This document shows positions 1-12,109 of a stretch of 64,000 bases of DNA, piece after piece; position 1 is the first letter of the stretch, and each line of letters begins with the position of its first letter. Made by a program: the position numbers and the translations under genes. Source of the DNA: Lytechinus pictus (Eukaryota); NCBI RefSeq assembly GCF_037042905.1, contig NC_087263.1:12278001-12342000 (forward strand). Direction: 5' to 3'. The notes below the pieces were generated by a model that searched no databases, had not been told where the DNA came from, and saw only the letters and a list, made by a program, of their open reading frames with translations.

Positions 1-145
1 GTGGAAATTTCAAACTCCTCTTCTTGCTCATGCATGCATGAGCCTTTCATATGCGGTTTCATATTAAAGAAGAAAATCTAGATTTTATGATTACATAATC
101 AAAATAACATGAATCCTTTGATAACTTTTGAAAACCTATTACCAG

Positions 146-302
146 GGAAGCGTTTCATGAAAGGACTTGTCGGACGTTTTATCCGACAAGTCCAATTTTA
201 TCTGACAGTTACCATAGTAACAGTACCTCTCAGCCAATCAACATCAGAGAAAGATGTCAGATCTGACAACTTGTCGGATGAAAATGTTGATGAAACACTC
301 CC
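146..302. mobile_element. Small Harbinger/PIF-like MITE
   Basis: Imperfect TIRs GGAAGCGTTTCATGAA / TTGATGAAACACTCCC, with CAG on both sides (143-145, 303-305) as a CWG-type 3-bp TSD. Confidence 0.7.
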
Positions 303-563
303 CAGGAATTGTGTTTTCTATTGTTCAGGGATGCACTGTGTACACAAAGGTTTTCAATCAATTGCTGAATAGCGATGACGAATCAGGATCATTGTTGCAT
401 GCGCATTTGTTTCAAAACACTGATCAGTAACCAATCGGTGTAATTCTTTCATATTTGCTATCCATCTCTTACCATTACCAGTCGTTCTTAATGTCACTCT
501 TAACTTTAATACGAACAAACTGCCCCCAGTGTTGTAAAGTCTGTCAATGTGATATTGATTTAA

Positions 564-1146
564 AGGACAAGTCCACCCCAACAAAGAGTTGATTTGAATA
601 AAAAGAGAAAAATCCAACAAACATAACACTGAAAATTTCATCAAAATCGGATGTAAAATAAGAAAATTATGATATTATAAAGTTTTGCTTAATTTCACAA
701 AACAGTTATATGCACATCCTGGCTGGTATGCAAATGAGGAGACTATGACGTCATCCACTCACTATTTCTTTTGTATTTTATTATATGAAATATTCCAATT
801 TTCTCCTCATTGCCAAGTGATACAACGATTAATTCCTCCCTGAACATGTGGAATTAGCATTGTTTAATACTATATGGTTTAGTCAAGTTGGTCCTCATTG
901 TCAAATCTATAAAAAATGAAATATTGTATAATTAAAACAATAAAAAACAATTTAAGAAATAGTGAGTGATGGACATCATCGACTGACCTAGTTGTGCATA
1001 TCAATGCTTTGTGAAAAATAAGCAAAACTTTAACATGTCATAACTTTCTTATTTTACATCCGATTTTGATTAAATTTTCAGCACTATGCTAGTTTGATTT
1101 TTCTCTATTTATTCAAGTCAGCATTTTCCTGGGGTGGACTTGACCT
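564..1146. mobile_element. Kolobok/T2-type MITE
   Basis: TTAA|AGGACAAGTCCACCCC ... GGGGTGGACTTGACCT|TTAA with long internal inverted repeats. Second full copy at 38831-39621, partial copy at about 9377-9505. Confidence 0.85.
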
Positions 1147-1610
1147 TTAATATTTATTATGTATAATGTAATGTGCAGGAATTATTTCAAACCATGACTT
1201 GGGATGTGTGGATGAAACTCACATAAATCAGCAATCGTGTTCATGCATATTTCACTCAGTAACATGTTCATTATCAAGCATTGGGCATTTATGTGGTTAC
1301 GTTTCATTAATATTCAAAACAGACTTCATCTCTCCTTTTATGTGATAAATGTGTTATTTCAAATTCAAGCTGTGGACATTTGCAACTTTTTAATGTTTAG
1401 CCCATTAAAATGAATGATTGATTGATGCTGATATTAAGCTGTTTAGGCACTGTATATATTCCTGTACTTGCATTTGTCTCAAGTATATGATTGTTTTTTG
1501 TGGGGGGGGGGGCTGAAGAATTTAATGTTTTCTATAAGGCATGTACCTCATTTCTTACCCCCCTTTATTTATTCCCCTCTCTCTCTCTTTTCCCTTTGAA
1601 TATTCATTAG

Positions 1611-1771
1611 GATGGGCGAAACCGGTTCGCCTCATTGGCCAATGCTGCTCTGGTTGACAGGTCTTTGACTAGTCCATTAGCTGGGAGGGGTAGTTTAGAG
1701 ACATGTAAAGAGGGTGAGAGTGAGAAACAGGACAGCCCGAGATTCTCAGAGGTCAACAAGAAAAAACTAAG
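1611..1771 (+). CDS. LRMP: Internal coding exon of LRMP/IRAG-like KASH protein gene
   Basis: Pyrimidine tract + TAG acceptor at 1608-1610; open frame DGRNRFASLANAALVDRSLTSPLAGRGSLETCKEGESEKQDSPRFSEVNKKKL; donor AG|GTAAAG; ends in phase 2, matching the next exon. Confidence 0.8.
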
Positions 1772-1789
1772 GTAAAGATATCTATTTTT

Positions 1790-2250
1790 TATCATCACTA
1801 CCATTTCATCATCATCATCATCATAGTCATCATCATCATCCTTGTCATCACCACTAACAAAGTTTTTATTTTCACTACCATCTTCATTATCATCGTCATA
1901 GTTATCATCAACATCGCCACCACCACCATTATCATCATCATCTTCTTCATCATCATCGTCATCACCACCATCAGCATTTTTCATCACTGCCATTTTCATT
2001 ATCATCATCAACATCGCCATCATCTTCATCTTGTTTATCATCACCACCACCACCAACATCATCATCATTATAATCGTCATCACCATCATCATCACCATCA
2101 TTATCTTCATCACCATTGTCAACATCATCATCATCAACATCTTCACCATCATTATCATCATCATCATTATCATCATAATCATCATTATAATCATCATAAT
2201 CACCATACCACTAACACCAACACCACCACTGCTACATGTATCATCACTGT
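1790..2250. repeat. Degenerate (CAT)n/(CAC)n microsatellite, intronic
   Basis: Directly visible triplet repeats; source of the spurious ORFs 1607..2275 and 2031..2294. Confidence 0.95.
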
Positions 2251-2330
2251 CATTGACATTGTCTTCGATGCTCATAAAAGTGCTAGAATGCTAGATTTCA
2301 CTTTCAAATCCAATTTCTCTGTCTTTGCAG

Positions 2331-2525
2331 TATATCCCTCTCTGGTGGCAGCCACAGTCCCGAGCTGCCGCAACTCTCTCCCATCAAGCCGTTGACCCCG
2401 CCGGCTTCGTCACCGACGTTGAAATCACCTTTACTCTCCTCTACTCCGGTCGTTATCAGGGAGGACGGAGACAGGAAGAATAACAGTGAGAGATCGAAAA
2501 CTGAAGAGGAGATTTACCAGCAGGG
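2331..2525 (+). CDS. LRMP: Internal coding exon (Ser/Pro-rich) of LRMP/IRAG-like gene
   Basis: TTTCTCTGTCTTTGCAG acceptor; 195 nt, phase 2 to phase 2; open frame ISLSGGSHSPELPQLSPIKPLTPPASSPTLKSPLLSSTPVVIREDGDRKNNSERSKTEEEIYQQG; donor GG|GTAATC. Confidence 0.85.
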
Positions 2526-2624
2526 GTAATCATCTTTGTTTCAATTCCACCTTTCCTTTTTTATTCTTTGATAACTAAACTGTCTTATTTCTCAATATAA
2601 AATATGTATATAGCAGTGATAAGG

Positions 2625-3545
2625 ATCTGATGAGATTTTGGGGTCATGAGGTCAGAGGACGCAGTATAAATGTATATTAAAATCCCTTGTTCTCCTGCTA
2701 ACTGAAGAAATGTTTGATGTCTCAACTTCACACTTGTTTCAAGTATGGAGGAGTGACAATGGTGTAACTATATTTTGGTATCTTTAGGTCAAAGTGTACA
2801 CTGGTCATTGTATATATTAAAGTACTTTGTTCTGAAAATTGAAGAATTGACTGATGGATCATGTTTATTCTTGGTTCATGTAGGCATATTGGAAGGACGG
2901 TGATCTGATTGGAATTTGGGGTCATAAGGTCAAAGGTCACGGAGGTCATTGTATACATTGCAATATATATGTTCTCCTGATAACTGAAGAACTGATCGAT
3001 TTATCAGCTTATTAAAAGTCTTGATTAGAATGCATATGGGAGTGACAATGATCAGATTGTATTTGGGGGTCATGAGGTCAAAGGTCACAGCATTCATTGT
3101 ATACATTGGAATACCTTGTGTCACGATAACCGAAGAACAGGTTTATTAACAGATCAATTTCAGCCTTGATTCAAGTATGCATATAGGAGGAGTGACAATG
3201 GTCAGATTATATTTTGGGGTCATGAGGTCAAAGGTCACATAAATCAATTTATACATTTAAATACCTTGTTCTCACAATAACTGAAGAACTGATCGATGTA
3301 TCAAGTTCAAACTTCGTTAGTATGCATATTGGTGTGGCAATAATCTGATCAGATTTTGGGGTCAACTCCAGAATTGGTTCATTTTTGCGTACTGAACCGA
3401 TGATGATCTGATTTTTCAGGTAATAAGGTCAAAGATGAAGAAGGCATTCTATAAAAATGTTAAAATTTAAGTTTGTAAATATATTTGTGGTCTGGCCCTG
3501 GCAGAGACATAGATTTCGACTGTGCAGTCAAGAAACCATATAGTT
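2625..3545 (+). mobile_element. Tandem ~145-bp GGGGTCATGAGGTCAAAGGTCA units ending in a Helentron/HINE-like 3' end
   Basis: Units at about 2640, 2786, 2918, 3066, 3215 and 3358. Terminal GGCAGAGACATAGATTTCGACTGTGCAGTCAAGAAACCATATAGTT has a short hairpin. The repeat is seen directly; the class is inference. Confidence 0.6.
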
Positions 3546-3608
3546 TTTCTCGTATTCATTTGGGATCAGTATTTCAAGATGTTGAGTAATCTATTTCGTC
3601 CATCACAG

Positions 3609-3746
3609 ATTTGAACAAGGTGTACGGTCTCAGATCTCCCAGGAGTTGGATGATCTTCGGGACCAACAGAGGGTGCTGTGCGAGAATCTGGAAGAGATCA
3701 TGGAAGCAGCGGAGGACGAAGAGGAGGACGACAACGAGAAGAACAG
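3609..3746 (+). CDS. LRMP: Internal coding exon (acidic, coiled-coil-like) of LRMP/IRAG-like gene
   Basis: CATCACAG acceptor; 138 nt, phase 2 to phase 2; FEQGVRSQISQELDDLRDQQRVLCENLEEIMEAAEDEEEDDNEKN; donor AG|GTAAGA. Confidence 0.9.
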
Positions 3747-3860
3747 GTAAGATGTTGCGTAAATACCCTTCAGCAAGAAATTCATTCATATTGTGCCACA
3801 CTCAACCCAGGTTGGTGTTTCGTGAAGCTGTTTGTAAAGTTATGCATGGCTTAATTCAGA

Positions 3861-4157
3861 ATAATAATAATAAATGATATGGTCCATTTATATAGCGCAG
3901 CTACTATAATTGCGTATACTCTGCTACGCTTGATACTTGGTATCATATTATTACCCTAGCTGTAGCTAAGCCGCCATATAGGCGCTAAAGCATTCTAGGA
4001 ATAAATCCTACCGGGTACCCATTCACCTCACCTGGGTGGAGTGCAGCACAATGCGGGTAAATTTCTTGCTGAAGGAAAACACGCCATGACTGAGATTAAA
4101 ACCCACGTCCCTCTGATTGAAAGGTGAGAGTCGTAACCACTAGACCACGCCGCCCCC
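3861..4157 (-). mobile_element. tRNA-derived SINE, family A
   Basis: Minus-strand head GGGGGCGGCGTGGTCTAGTGGTT (A box), core TGCTGCACTCCACCCAGGTGAGGTGAATGGGTACCCGG, tail GCGCTATATAAAT..(TTA)n. Homologous to copies at 29231, 32028 and 35214. Confidence 0.9.
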
Positions 4158-4562
4158 ACTGGAACTGGAACAATGAGGCACTAAGTCAGCTACACAGGGA
4201 TATCATTTATCACATAAAGTAGTGAATAAAGTTGTTTGTAGAGTCATTCGTATCTAAGGAAAAATACCTCTATGGAGTGGGCCCCTGGTCCCATGGCAGT
4301 CATTTCTTCCTTCAAATGTGGTGCTTGTAACAGCTGAATTGTTGTCCCCATTAATGCATTCATTATTCAAACCTGTCCATAAAAGGTTATCTACTCATAA
4401 TGACCACTTTTCTTGTCTCCCTTGAATAGTCTTTATAGACAGGTTTCATTGTGCTTGTTTTCAGACTCGCAGTTGCTGCTCTTTCGTAAACCTCTGTCTT
4501 TTGTAAAGAAAATATATTGCCTTTTTCAATCCTAATCGCTATCCATGATTTTCTCCTTACAG

Positions 4563-4815
4563 CGAGACCCAGCCTATGCTGAAATGGGTCAGGCAGTACT
4601 CTAAGACCATCCCCTGGTCCAGGGCTAGCCGGATAGGCCGCTTGGTCCTGACGGGAACTCTCTTCATCTTAGCCATCATCAGCATCATCGGGACCATCCT
4701 ACCTCTAGAGAGGTGCAGTGGGGGTGCAACGCTGTTCTCTGCCCCGTGGGAAGAGGTGGTCCGGGTTCTAGGGCCCTATACAAATATATACCACCCGAGG
4801 CCGCCGCCTATATGA
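4563..4815 (+). CDS. LRMP: Terminal coding exon: transmembrane helix plus KASH peptide, LRMP/Jaw1 (IRAG2)-like
   Basis: TTTTCTCCTTACAG acceptor in phase 2; ETQPMLKW...IGRLVLTGTLFILAIISIIGTILPL-ERCSGGATLFSAPWEEVVRVLGPYTNIYHPRPPPI-stop. The last 22 aa match the recalled vertebrate LRMP tail pattern W-x6-L-x-P-[FY]-T-x3-H-x2-PPP-[VI]. Confidence 0.88.
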
Positions 4816-5919
4816 ATTCAATTCTTCATCACCATCAACATGTTATTATTGTTCCATCAAATTCCTATTAAAACATGGAGTGTACCGTCAAAGGCTTGTT
4901 CTAATGTGGTGCTTTAAGGGACCTTGAAAAAAAATCACACCCATCGATTTTGTCGCATGTTGGATTTCACCAAGTTTTTCCTGACCCCTGGTTCATTTGA
5001 TGATGCTGAAGTTGGAGGAGGAAAGGAGCAGAACTTTATAAACTGTGGTGAATACCGGCTAAGACTTTTTTTAGGGTTCCTAAAGTGTCAGAGATGGTAA
5101 TTTTGTTTGTTATCCCACCCGAGCCGCCTCTCTTACTAATTTGTGTCTACCAACCACTGCTTCAGATGTTCTTTCGATGACGCCAAAAATGGAAGATTAA
5201 AGAGGAAAAGATCCTGATTGGGACTACCTCTATACCCCTTCTGATGGGGTGCATCGATGAACTTAGATCGTCATCACCTTTAAAAAAAAAAATCAAACGT
5301 GATCCGATAAACATAGAACGGTGAAGTGTGGCCATCTATATGAATTCAGATCTATCAAACCTCTATTCAGAATTATGCATTGAGATGTTCAGCTTTTCAA
5401 ATGCTCATTTAAATGTTGGGCATTGCAATTGTTAAGAGTTGGAAACCATTCTCTTGGTTGTTCCACTCTGCATGATGTGAGAAAGCTATGATAATATGAG
5501 TTTTCGATGAATTTTTATTAAATCATTAGATAAATTATCTTTGTCGTGAATATTGAAGAAGTCAGATGAATTCTAGCATTCCATAGATGTATGGACCAAA
5601 ATTTGCGTCCACTAACAATAAAATATTCCCCTGTTATTCTTGTTTTGTAATTAAATACAGCCGAGGTCGATGGAATAAGATTTTGATAACATAGCAATAG
5701 AATATTATCCTGAGCCTTCCATATGTCTATAAAAGATTTAGACATTCGTATAAATTTGTGTATAAAAATCTTTGTTTATTTACTGTTAGCCTTACATGTT
5801 TACAGCTACTGTGTACCTGGGGTGCATTTCATGAAGTGATATGTGATTCGAAAAATTGCAAGCTACTGAAATCCCAGTTTCCGATTGGCTGGGAGCTAAT
5901 TTGCGCAGCCATCCCAAAA

Positions 5920-6170
5920 CCGGTGTGTTGGCTCAGTTTGTAGAGTGTCCGTCTCACAATCGCGAGGCCGGGAGTTCTAATCCCGGCTGCATCAGGCCAA
6001 AAGACATTAAAAAATGGGGGTTGCTGCTACCATGTTTTGCATTCAACAGTACAAGGATAGAGCCTGCTCGATCTGGCGCTGAACAGTAGCTGCCGGGCCC
6101 ATGATTAATTGAGCCAAACCAATTCTTCAGAGGATTTCTGATTATGTTTTGAACAATAAAAAATTGATTT
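5920..6170 (+). mobile_element. tRNA-derived SINE, family B (Meta-core-like)
   Basis: TGGCTCAGTTTGTAGAG A box, GTTCTAATCCCGG B box, then AAAAGACATTAAAAAATGGGGGTTGCTGCTACC. Second copy at 7980-8221. Confidence 0.8.
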
Positions 6171-6451
6171 TCATGTTTTTTTTTTAATAAACCAATAGTT
6201 GCCAGGGAAGGTTCTCTGTAAAATAATAATTAGCTTTTTTAATATCTGAAAGAGTTATTCTTTTTCTCGCTGTCAAAATTAGAAGTTGTAAAGTTGACTT
6301 GAGGATAGGATGCTAAAGTTTCTTTGCGCCATTTTTGCAGACCGCTGGATGTTTCACCAAGATCACACAGTGTGCACATCTCATGCTTGAGTGAACCTTA
6401 TACTTTAAACCTTTTGAGCCTCACTGAATTTCTTCTGCATTCAATCATTTA

Positions 6452-6682
6452 AATAATAATACATGAGATTTGTATAGTGCACTTTCTATCTTGATTAGAT
6501 GCTCAACGCGCTTCAACAACAAAAACTATTTACTCATAATACATGTCTGAACAATAAGTCAATGTCTATCGAAAAGCACTCTTATACAGGTATGTTTTAA
6601 GGTTGCCCTTGAAGGCGGTCACTGAAGTCTGGGTTTTCAAACTCTATGGGAGAGAATTCCACAGGCTAGGCCCTGCCTGAGG
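6452..6682 (-). mobile_element. L2/CR1-type LINE 3' end fragment
   Basis: Minus strand reads AGPSLWNSLP*SLKTQTSVTAFKGNLKTYLYK, followed by a GCGCGTTGAG...GCACTATACAAAT..TATTATT tail. Confidence 0.75.
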
Positions 6683-7382
6683 GTTATTGTTGAATGATGA
6701 TCAATTTAAAAAAAGTTATGTATAATTTTAAAGCTTGGAATGTGCCTTGTCAAGCTCAATAAAAAAATATGAAATTAATTTTGGGTGGCATTTTCTTGGT
6801 TTTGGTGCAGCTTGTCACATTTGTCATTTGAAAATCACTGCTAACACATTCATGAAATGCTCCTCATAGGCTTGTATTACTATGCGGTAAAATTGTAAAG
6901 AAATTGTAAAGAAACTGCAGGACTGTATATAAATTACCATTATAGCCTTCCTAACTAGAAATGCCTTAGAAAATATGTAGATATGTTTAGAATTTTGTAT
7001 AAAGTGCTCAATTTTGACATCATTATGTACTTTTTCATGTAATTTCCATGCAGTGCATGGCTGGATAATATTTACAGTTCCAGATCAATCCATTTAGTAC
7101 TATGTGATCAGATATATATTTTACTTGAAAATTGATCTTGTTAATGTTGATATCGATATACTTTTGTGAAATTGAAATGATGTGATTAAACTCATTCTTA
7201 ATAATAATAATAGTTATATATTGAAGAATATATGCAATATCCTTGCACATTGTATAAGAGGGGGTATTTAGTGGGTAGTTTTATATAATTTTGTGCATTT
7301 TTAGTTGTGCCATATTACAAGGAGCATTATGGGTGTCAAGTGCCTGCTGATATTACAGACATAAATGATTAATCTACATGTA

Positions 7383-7639
7383 GGTTTCATGACATTTGCT
7401 CCTGGCGACAATTGCTCCGATGGAAAATCTGCATGTTATAAAGCTAAACATAAAACCTAACCTCCGAACTATAAGCCCTAATCATATTCTTTACATTATT
7501 CTGAACCAAAAACTCTGTTACAATCCTAACACTGTCTTACCCTAATCCTCTGAGATATTGTGACCAGAGCAAATGTCGCAGAAGTCACAGGAGCAAATGT
7601 CGCAGAAGCAAAAGTCTCAGGAGCAAATGTCGTGTCACC
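7383..7639. mobile_element. MITE with reiterated GACATTTGCTCC termini and CCTAA-rich interior
   Basis: GGTTTCATGACATTTGCTCC ... GGAGCAAATGTCGTGTCACC. Related copy in the opposite orientation at 35541-35788. Confidence 0.75.
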
Positions 7640-7979
7640 TTAATCTAAGACTAACAGTGCATACCATTTTACGGTGCTATGTTTTTTGTATAAAACAGGA
7701 AAGAGTTATGGTTACATGTTATTCTTCTTTTTTAGTTGTTGTCATAATTCTTTGTTTCAGCAAATGATGTGTTATGAGTGAATACTGGATCATTCCATAA
7801 TGAAAGCATTCTTTGCCGTATTCAGAACTTTAAAATCTTTCAAACTTTTCAGATAGTAATGATGGATCAAAAGTTAATGCTTTGTCACAGTTGTCTATAT
7901 ATTTTTTCATACAATGGACAAAATTGAAATTGAAATAATAATAATAAGAAGAATGATGATAATTATTGATAATGATAGT

Positions 7980-8221
7980 AAGTTAGTAGCACGTCCGTCT
8001 CACTACTGGGAGGTCAGGAGTTCAAACCCTGGCCAAGTTATCCCATAAAACGTTAAAAGACGGGAGTTGCTGCTACCCTGTTTGGCGTTTGGTGATTAAA
8101 AGGATAGAGCCTCGTCGATTTCGCACTGCACAGCCGCTGCTGGGCCCATGATCAATTGGGCAAAGCAAATTTTCAGAGTATTTCATGTTGTATCTATTTC
8201 AAACAATAAAATCTGGATTTT
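7980..8221 (+). mobile_element. tRNA-derived SINE, family B, second copy
   Basis: Colinear with 5920-6170 (GTCCGTCTCAC, GTTGCTGCTACC, GGATAGAGCCT, GGGCCCATGAT, AACAATAAAA). Confidence 0.8.
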
Positions 8222-8874
8222 CTTGCGGTTTCATAAAGTTGTTACTAAGTTATACACAACTTTAAACCGACCGGTGACATTTTTTTGCCCTAAATGATGA
8301 ATCCCTTTGTTGAATTGTAGTCGACTGAACACCCAAGAACATGGACAATATTTCCTTTTCAGACCGATTTCTGTGGCTGAATATTAACCAAACGACTTAT
8401 TTTTTGAGAGGCTGCTTGAATACTTTCCATAACGTACATGTACATGTATGCATTCTTATGGATAAGTTCAACTTGAAACCTATGACCTGCCGTATCCACA
8501 CGTACATATATCTATGAATTAAAAGATGTATTAATAAGTCTTGTGTTTTATCTGGTATGCTTAGTTACAATTTCAAAACAGTTTTTTTTTATTAAAAAAA
8601 AAAGAAAGTAAGGAAAGACTTGTCAATCAGACAAAATTTCAAGCTTGTTTTCCCTATTGCTCAGTAAATACCTATTGTAAACCAGAATTATTCTGCACAT
8701 CATTTTTACAGTTAAGTTTAAAGATGTAAAACAGTGATTACTGCTCCTCTTTACTTCATAAAAGGTAATTTGCCCTTTTGGGATTAACTCTGAGGAATCC
8801 AACATTCCTAGGGCCAAGCATATACTCCACAAACATATACTCCCCCAAAAGAGCTCATGTGTGGCAGTTACGTA

Positions 8875-9100
8875 CAGTGCGTCCCACAAAAATGGAACAA
8901 GATTCCCATTTTCCCCCCAACATGGGCAAATAATTTACAGTGTTTCATTTACATCATCATAAAATTCAGTATTCTTTTTTTTATCCCCTACACAATATGC
9001 ATAGCTTACATGTAAATGCGCATGAAGGTTTTAAAATGTATATGTCCAAACCAAGAAATCAAGTTGCGCACAAAATGTTGGTTTTTTGTGGGACACACTG
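8875..9100. mobile_element. Tc1/mariner-like MITE
   Basis: TA|CAGTGCGTCCCACAAAAA ... TTTTTTGTGGGACACACTG|TA. Confidence 0.8.
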
Positions 9101-12100
9101 TACTTGAATATTTTCATTGTATTTTAATAATCAGATGTACATGTTCTAATTGATCTTTCATGCCCCTAGATGCCTTCAAAAGACTGCCAGAAGGCACTAC
9201 TTTTGTACGAGGTTTGTTTGTCTGTAGAATGTTTTTCATTCATTCTGTTGTGTGAGATGCCTTGCGTTTTACAGACATGTTAATACAAGATTATTTATAT
9301 CACGTTGATAGAGTTTCAGATTAAACGTGAATTGATGTTTAGACTCCTTTTCACTGACTCCTTATTTTTACTTTTTACAAGTCCACCCCAACAAAAGGTT
9401 GATTTGAAGAAATAGAGAAAAATCAAAGTAGCATAACGCCGAAAATTTCATCAAAATCAAATGTAAAATAAGAAAGTTATGACATTTTAAAGTTTCGCTT
9501 ATTTGGTCAATGAAAAAGGGTGAAAATGTTATCTTTGGGAACTGCTGGCAAAGCGTGAAAAGAGGATCTTATCCATACTGCCATTATATGTGAGTTACAA
9601 CAAACATAATTGATTACTGTTTTGAACATGTTGAAATGAATTATAAAGCATACTAAAATCAGCCTTCCAAACCAAAATTATCTACTACCAAAATGTTATC
9701 ACATTCACAATTGGCAGGAGAATAATTGTCATCATAACACGCAGATTTTTTGAAGAAAATGACAACCCCAGATTCAAGTTCATTAAATTGATTAATAGAT
9801 ACATTTATGAAGCAGAATGGGTATATTAAAAACATGAGTTCATGATTTGAGTAATGAAGATGGAGATGATAAGGATGATGGTGATGGTGACAATGGCGAA
9901 GATGAAGATGATTAATTAATTACCCATGGGGCCATTTGTACAAACCGAGGCTCATTTAAAAAATAGTTACAATTGATCCAATTATTCCTAACTATGGAAG
10001 GCCATCAAAACCATATTACCTCATCTTTGAAATGTAAGATAAGTAGAATAAAAAATCAAGAAAATCGACATTTGAGAGGGAGAAAGGGGTTCTAATAAGT
10101 GAAGAGAGAGAGAGGGAATAAGTGAAAAGACTGATAGAATGAGAGTGTGTATTTGAGTCAGTGCGTTTGGATGTCGGGGAGGGGGGGGGGGGGTGTATGA
10201 CACAGGAGATATCCAAGCTTGCCTGGGTCGTGTGGGTAGGGAGAGGAGGCGGGGAAGGAAGGAAGGGACTTTGAAGGACAAGGATTTATTACTTTTTATG
10301 TGTGGGTGGATGTGTTTATTATTCTTTTTTTTTTCTCTCTATTTTCTGTATTATGTATTTTTTTATTTTCTTTCAGTGAATTGGAAAATGAATGAATTGA
10401 TTTATAAATTTATGTATTTTACTGGTGCCTTGATGAAGTTATTATGATATATCATTTATGAAGTTATGTTTGTTTATGTTTGTATTCACTGGAAGAAGCA
10501 ATGAAAGAATACTTTTTTTTAAAGGCCCATAACAAGTTGAGAGTAAAATACATGGGATAATGAAGGAAAATACAAACACAAACTGGGTGGGAGGGGGGGG
10601 GGGGGAATTTTAGAACGTGCGAAGATTCACTTATCATTAGTAAAAACAAGCGCATCTGAGAAGAAATTCGTCAGTCGCCACATTGCAACTCCCAGAACTT
10701 CGCAAAAGTTTATTTTGGGGAGAAAATTCTGTTCAGTATTTAAAGATGTTTGGCGCCCTCTTGTGTTGCCTAGCTATCACTATAGTTTGATGTGAGTTCT
10801 GTTGTTGGGCCCTGGGCAGCAGTGGATCTGGGTCGGATCGATGCCCCCCCCCCCCCCACTTGTATGATCCGTAAATACGATGTATCTGGAGACGATATAA
10901 GTGCTCCCTCCCCAAATGGATATGTTATATTTCCTTCCCCTCCCCCTTTTTTCAAAACTTGTGGATTTTTTTTTGGTGTGTGTTTGCGACAAATTGGAAA
11001 TGAGTGATATTCATGTTTAAATAAATAAAGGCTATATACTTTTTTGGGGGTGCGGCTTACGACGTTTCCCCACCGGGCCCATGAGACCCTGCCCTCGTTG
11101 CGGCCCCCCAAAAAAGAATGTCTCCCCCAGAAATGGAGATCCTCTGCACCTCCAACTTTGATAAAATTTTAGATCCGGAGCCACGCTTAGATAGTGACGT
11201 ATAGTGTCGGTCCCCTAAATGTCAATTTAACTGCAAAAAACATTTTCTGTAAAAAATCGAACACTCCCAACACACGAGCGCAAATATTGGATGTTTTTAC
11301 GTTTTTACCTTTCACCATTTAAAAACACAACGATACATTTATAAATTGTGATATTTACTCAAAAAAGATAAGCAAACTGCAAATTTCTGTATATTGTTTT
11401 TCAACGTTTCGCTGAAAACTCAATGGCATCCCATTATTGCAAAATTTATTTTAGACATTATGTTAAGTAATACTTTTCAGATTATATTCTTATACATTTA
11501 TGACAGCTTCCTAGTGGAATCGACAAGATATAAGGAAAAAAAGTATTACCATGGTCCAAACTGAGCAAAATAAATGGAAATGTTAAAGGGCTCGCATCAA
11601 TCAATGAAGGGCCAGACAATTTTCCCACATTTATTTCAGATTATTTGCACCCTATTAGGCCCACCCCCCCCCCCCCCATTCCTTGGAATTAAAAAAAATA
11701 TATAGAAAGATATAAGAATTGGGGAATATAAATATAATTATGTAAATAAAGTAAAAAATATATGACGGGTCGGAGGGGTCGTTATGAGGAGAGGATGGGG
11801 CGGAGTCACTGATCAGTGGGAGGAGTCCCTGTTCAGTGGGCGGGGTATACCGATAGTTATGCATTGGCCTATAATCCATAGTATTTTCCACCTGCTACCC
11901 ACTATCAATCGTTCGTGCACACCCAAACAATTATTATTTCCAATTAATTTTACAGTGGATCCTTCAGAGATTGGTTGGTTCGATAGTAAAGATAAACTTT
12001 CTTCTTTAATCAATCAAGAAAATAAGGTATAGATTAAATCGTGAGACGTTCACCTACTGCGTTACTTCAGACGACAACTGTTGTAATTTCCAGAGATAGG

Positions 12101-12109
12101 ATATAACAG

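Noticed and set aside
1607..2294. 222-aa minus-strand ORF and 87-aa plus-strand ORF
   Set aside because: Microsatellite plus the antisense of the real exon 1611-1771.
3611..3877. Listed 88-aa ORF over exon 3
   Set aside because: Wrong frame; the splice-consistent frame is FEQGVRSQ... and ends at the 3746 donor.
4999..5035. Possible SECIS (ATGA...GA) downstream of the TGA stop
   Set aside because: Only a 4-bp helix above the putative quartet and no correctly spaced AA loop; read-through would also destroy the terminal PPPI motif.
7450..7550. Telomere-like CCTAA repeats (also TAGGGTT at 35598-35720)
   Set aside because: Degenerate and internal to a TIR-bounded MITE; not an interstitial telomere array.
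8518..8550. ATTAAA plus GT-rich tract as the poly(A) site of the KASH gene
   Set aside because: Plausible, but several alternative hexamers exist between 4866 and 8600; it cannot be chosen without 3'-end data.
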